A stretch of DNA of 64,000 bases, from assembly GCA_043228905.1 (NCBI GenBank), contig JBHGNT010000020.1:4588001-4652000 (forward strand), read 5' to 3'. The position numbers and the translations under genes are program-made. Position 1 is the first letter of the stretch, and every line of letters starts with the position of its first letter. Under the pieces are notes generated by a model that did not search any database, was not told the origin of the DNA, and saw only the letters and a list, made by a program, of their open reading frames with translations. The DNA comes from Azolla caroliniana (taxonomy: Eukaryota > Plantae > Polypodiophyta). Shown here piece by piece: positions 63,503 through 64,000 of this stretch.

Positions 63503-64000
63503 ACATCGTAGCCGAAATCTCACTTCTTCTCTTCTTGGCACGTACCGGAGGACGTGCGGTTTGGTGGGGGTGGATGTCGTGAAGATTTTCGGCAATAGTG
63601 TGAAAATCCCATAAAACGTACGAAATCGAGTATAAATCACATAATACAATAATTGTGAAGATAACATTTTTTATCTAAGTACAAAATGATGGAGGTTTCG
63701 AATGCACTTTATTACACGAGAAATGGACAACTAAATGTCAAGATATGAGGGTATAAAGTTTGTGAAAAGAAAAGAGAAAATTGGGAGATATCCCACATAG
63801 GCACAACAAATACGACTCTCATCATATATAAGGTGGAGCAAAAGATATTATCTTTGTTGTGTCTATGTGTGGAGCATAGAGAGTTCAAGGTAACTTGAAC
63901 TAAGAGTGGAGGTGGCTAGCTACTCGTAAAGGGTTTTGGCCAACCAAAACCGAACCAGCGATGGAGCCGGTGATCCGACGGCATCCGGCACCGGTAACCG

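Larger units (their letters stand above)
56729..64000 (+). mobile_element. Near full-length fungal-like gypsy element, tRNA-Trp primed (5' LTR 56729-57752; 3' LTR from 63575, runs off window)
   Basis: Matching LTRs TGTCGTG...CACGACA; PBS TGGTGAACCCGACGTGA at 57761-57777; gag-PR-RT-RH-IN order. Confidence 0.96.

Overview
Plant nuclear DNA, probably from a non-seed land plant such as a fern (inferred from a Tcn1-like chromovirus, fungal-like tRNA-Trp-primed gypsy elements and an RTE/RTEX-like LINE). Most of the window is nested, decayed retrotransposons: Ty1/copia of two families, Ty3/gypsy of three kinds, one LINE and several solo LTRs. Many boundaries, TSDs, PBSs and PPTs can be read directly. 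An AT-rich island (about 18.5-27.7 kb) holds one probable 3-exon host gene with an MGNCKS acylation motif and a spliced, decayed N6-adenine/N4-cytosine DNA methyltransferase-like fragment. The most unusual observations are: (1) a gypsy element (47545-54857) with a tRNA-Arg primer site at BOTH ends of its internal region in inverted orientation, the second where the polypurine tract should be, plus a long accessory coiled-coil ORF; (2) the intron-containing amino-methyltransferase remnant; (3) a gag-only non-autonomous partner of the tRNA-Trp gypsy family; (4) a copia family with a duplicated PPT flanking a variable 3' cassette. All assignments are by eye; no searches were run.
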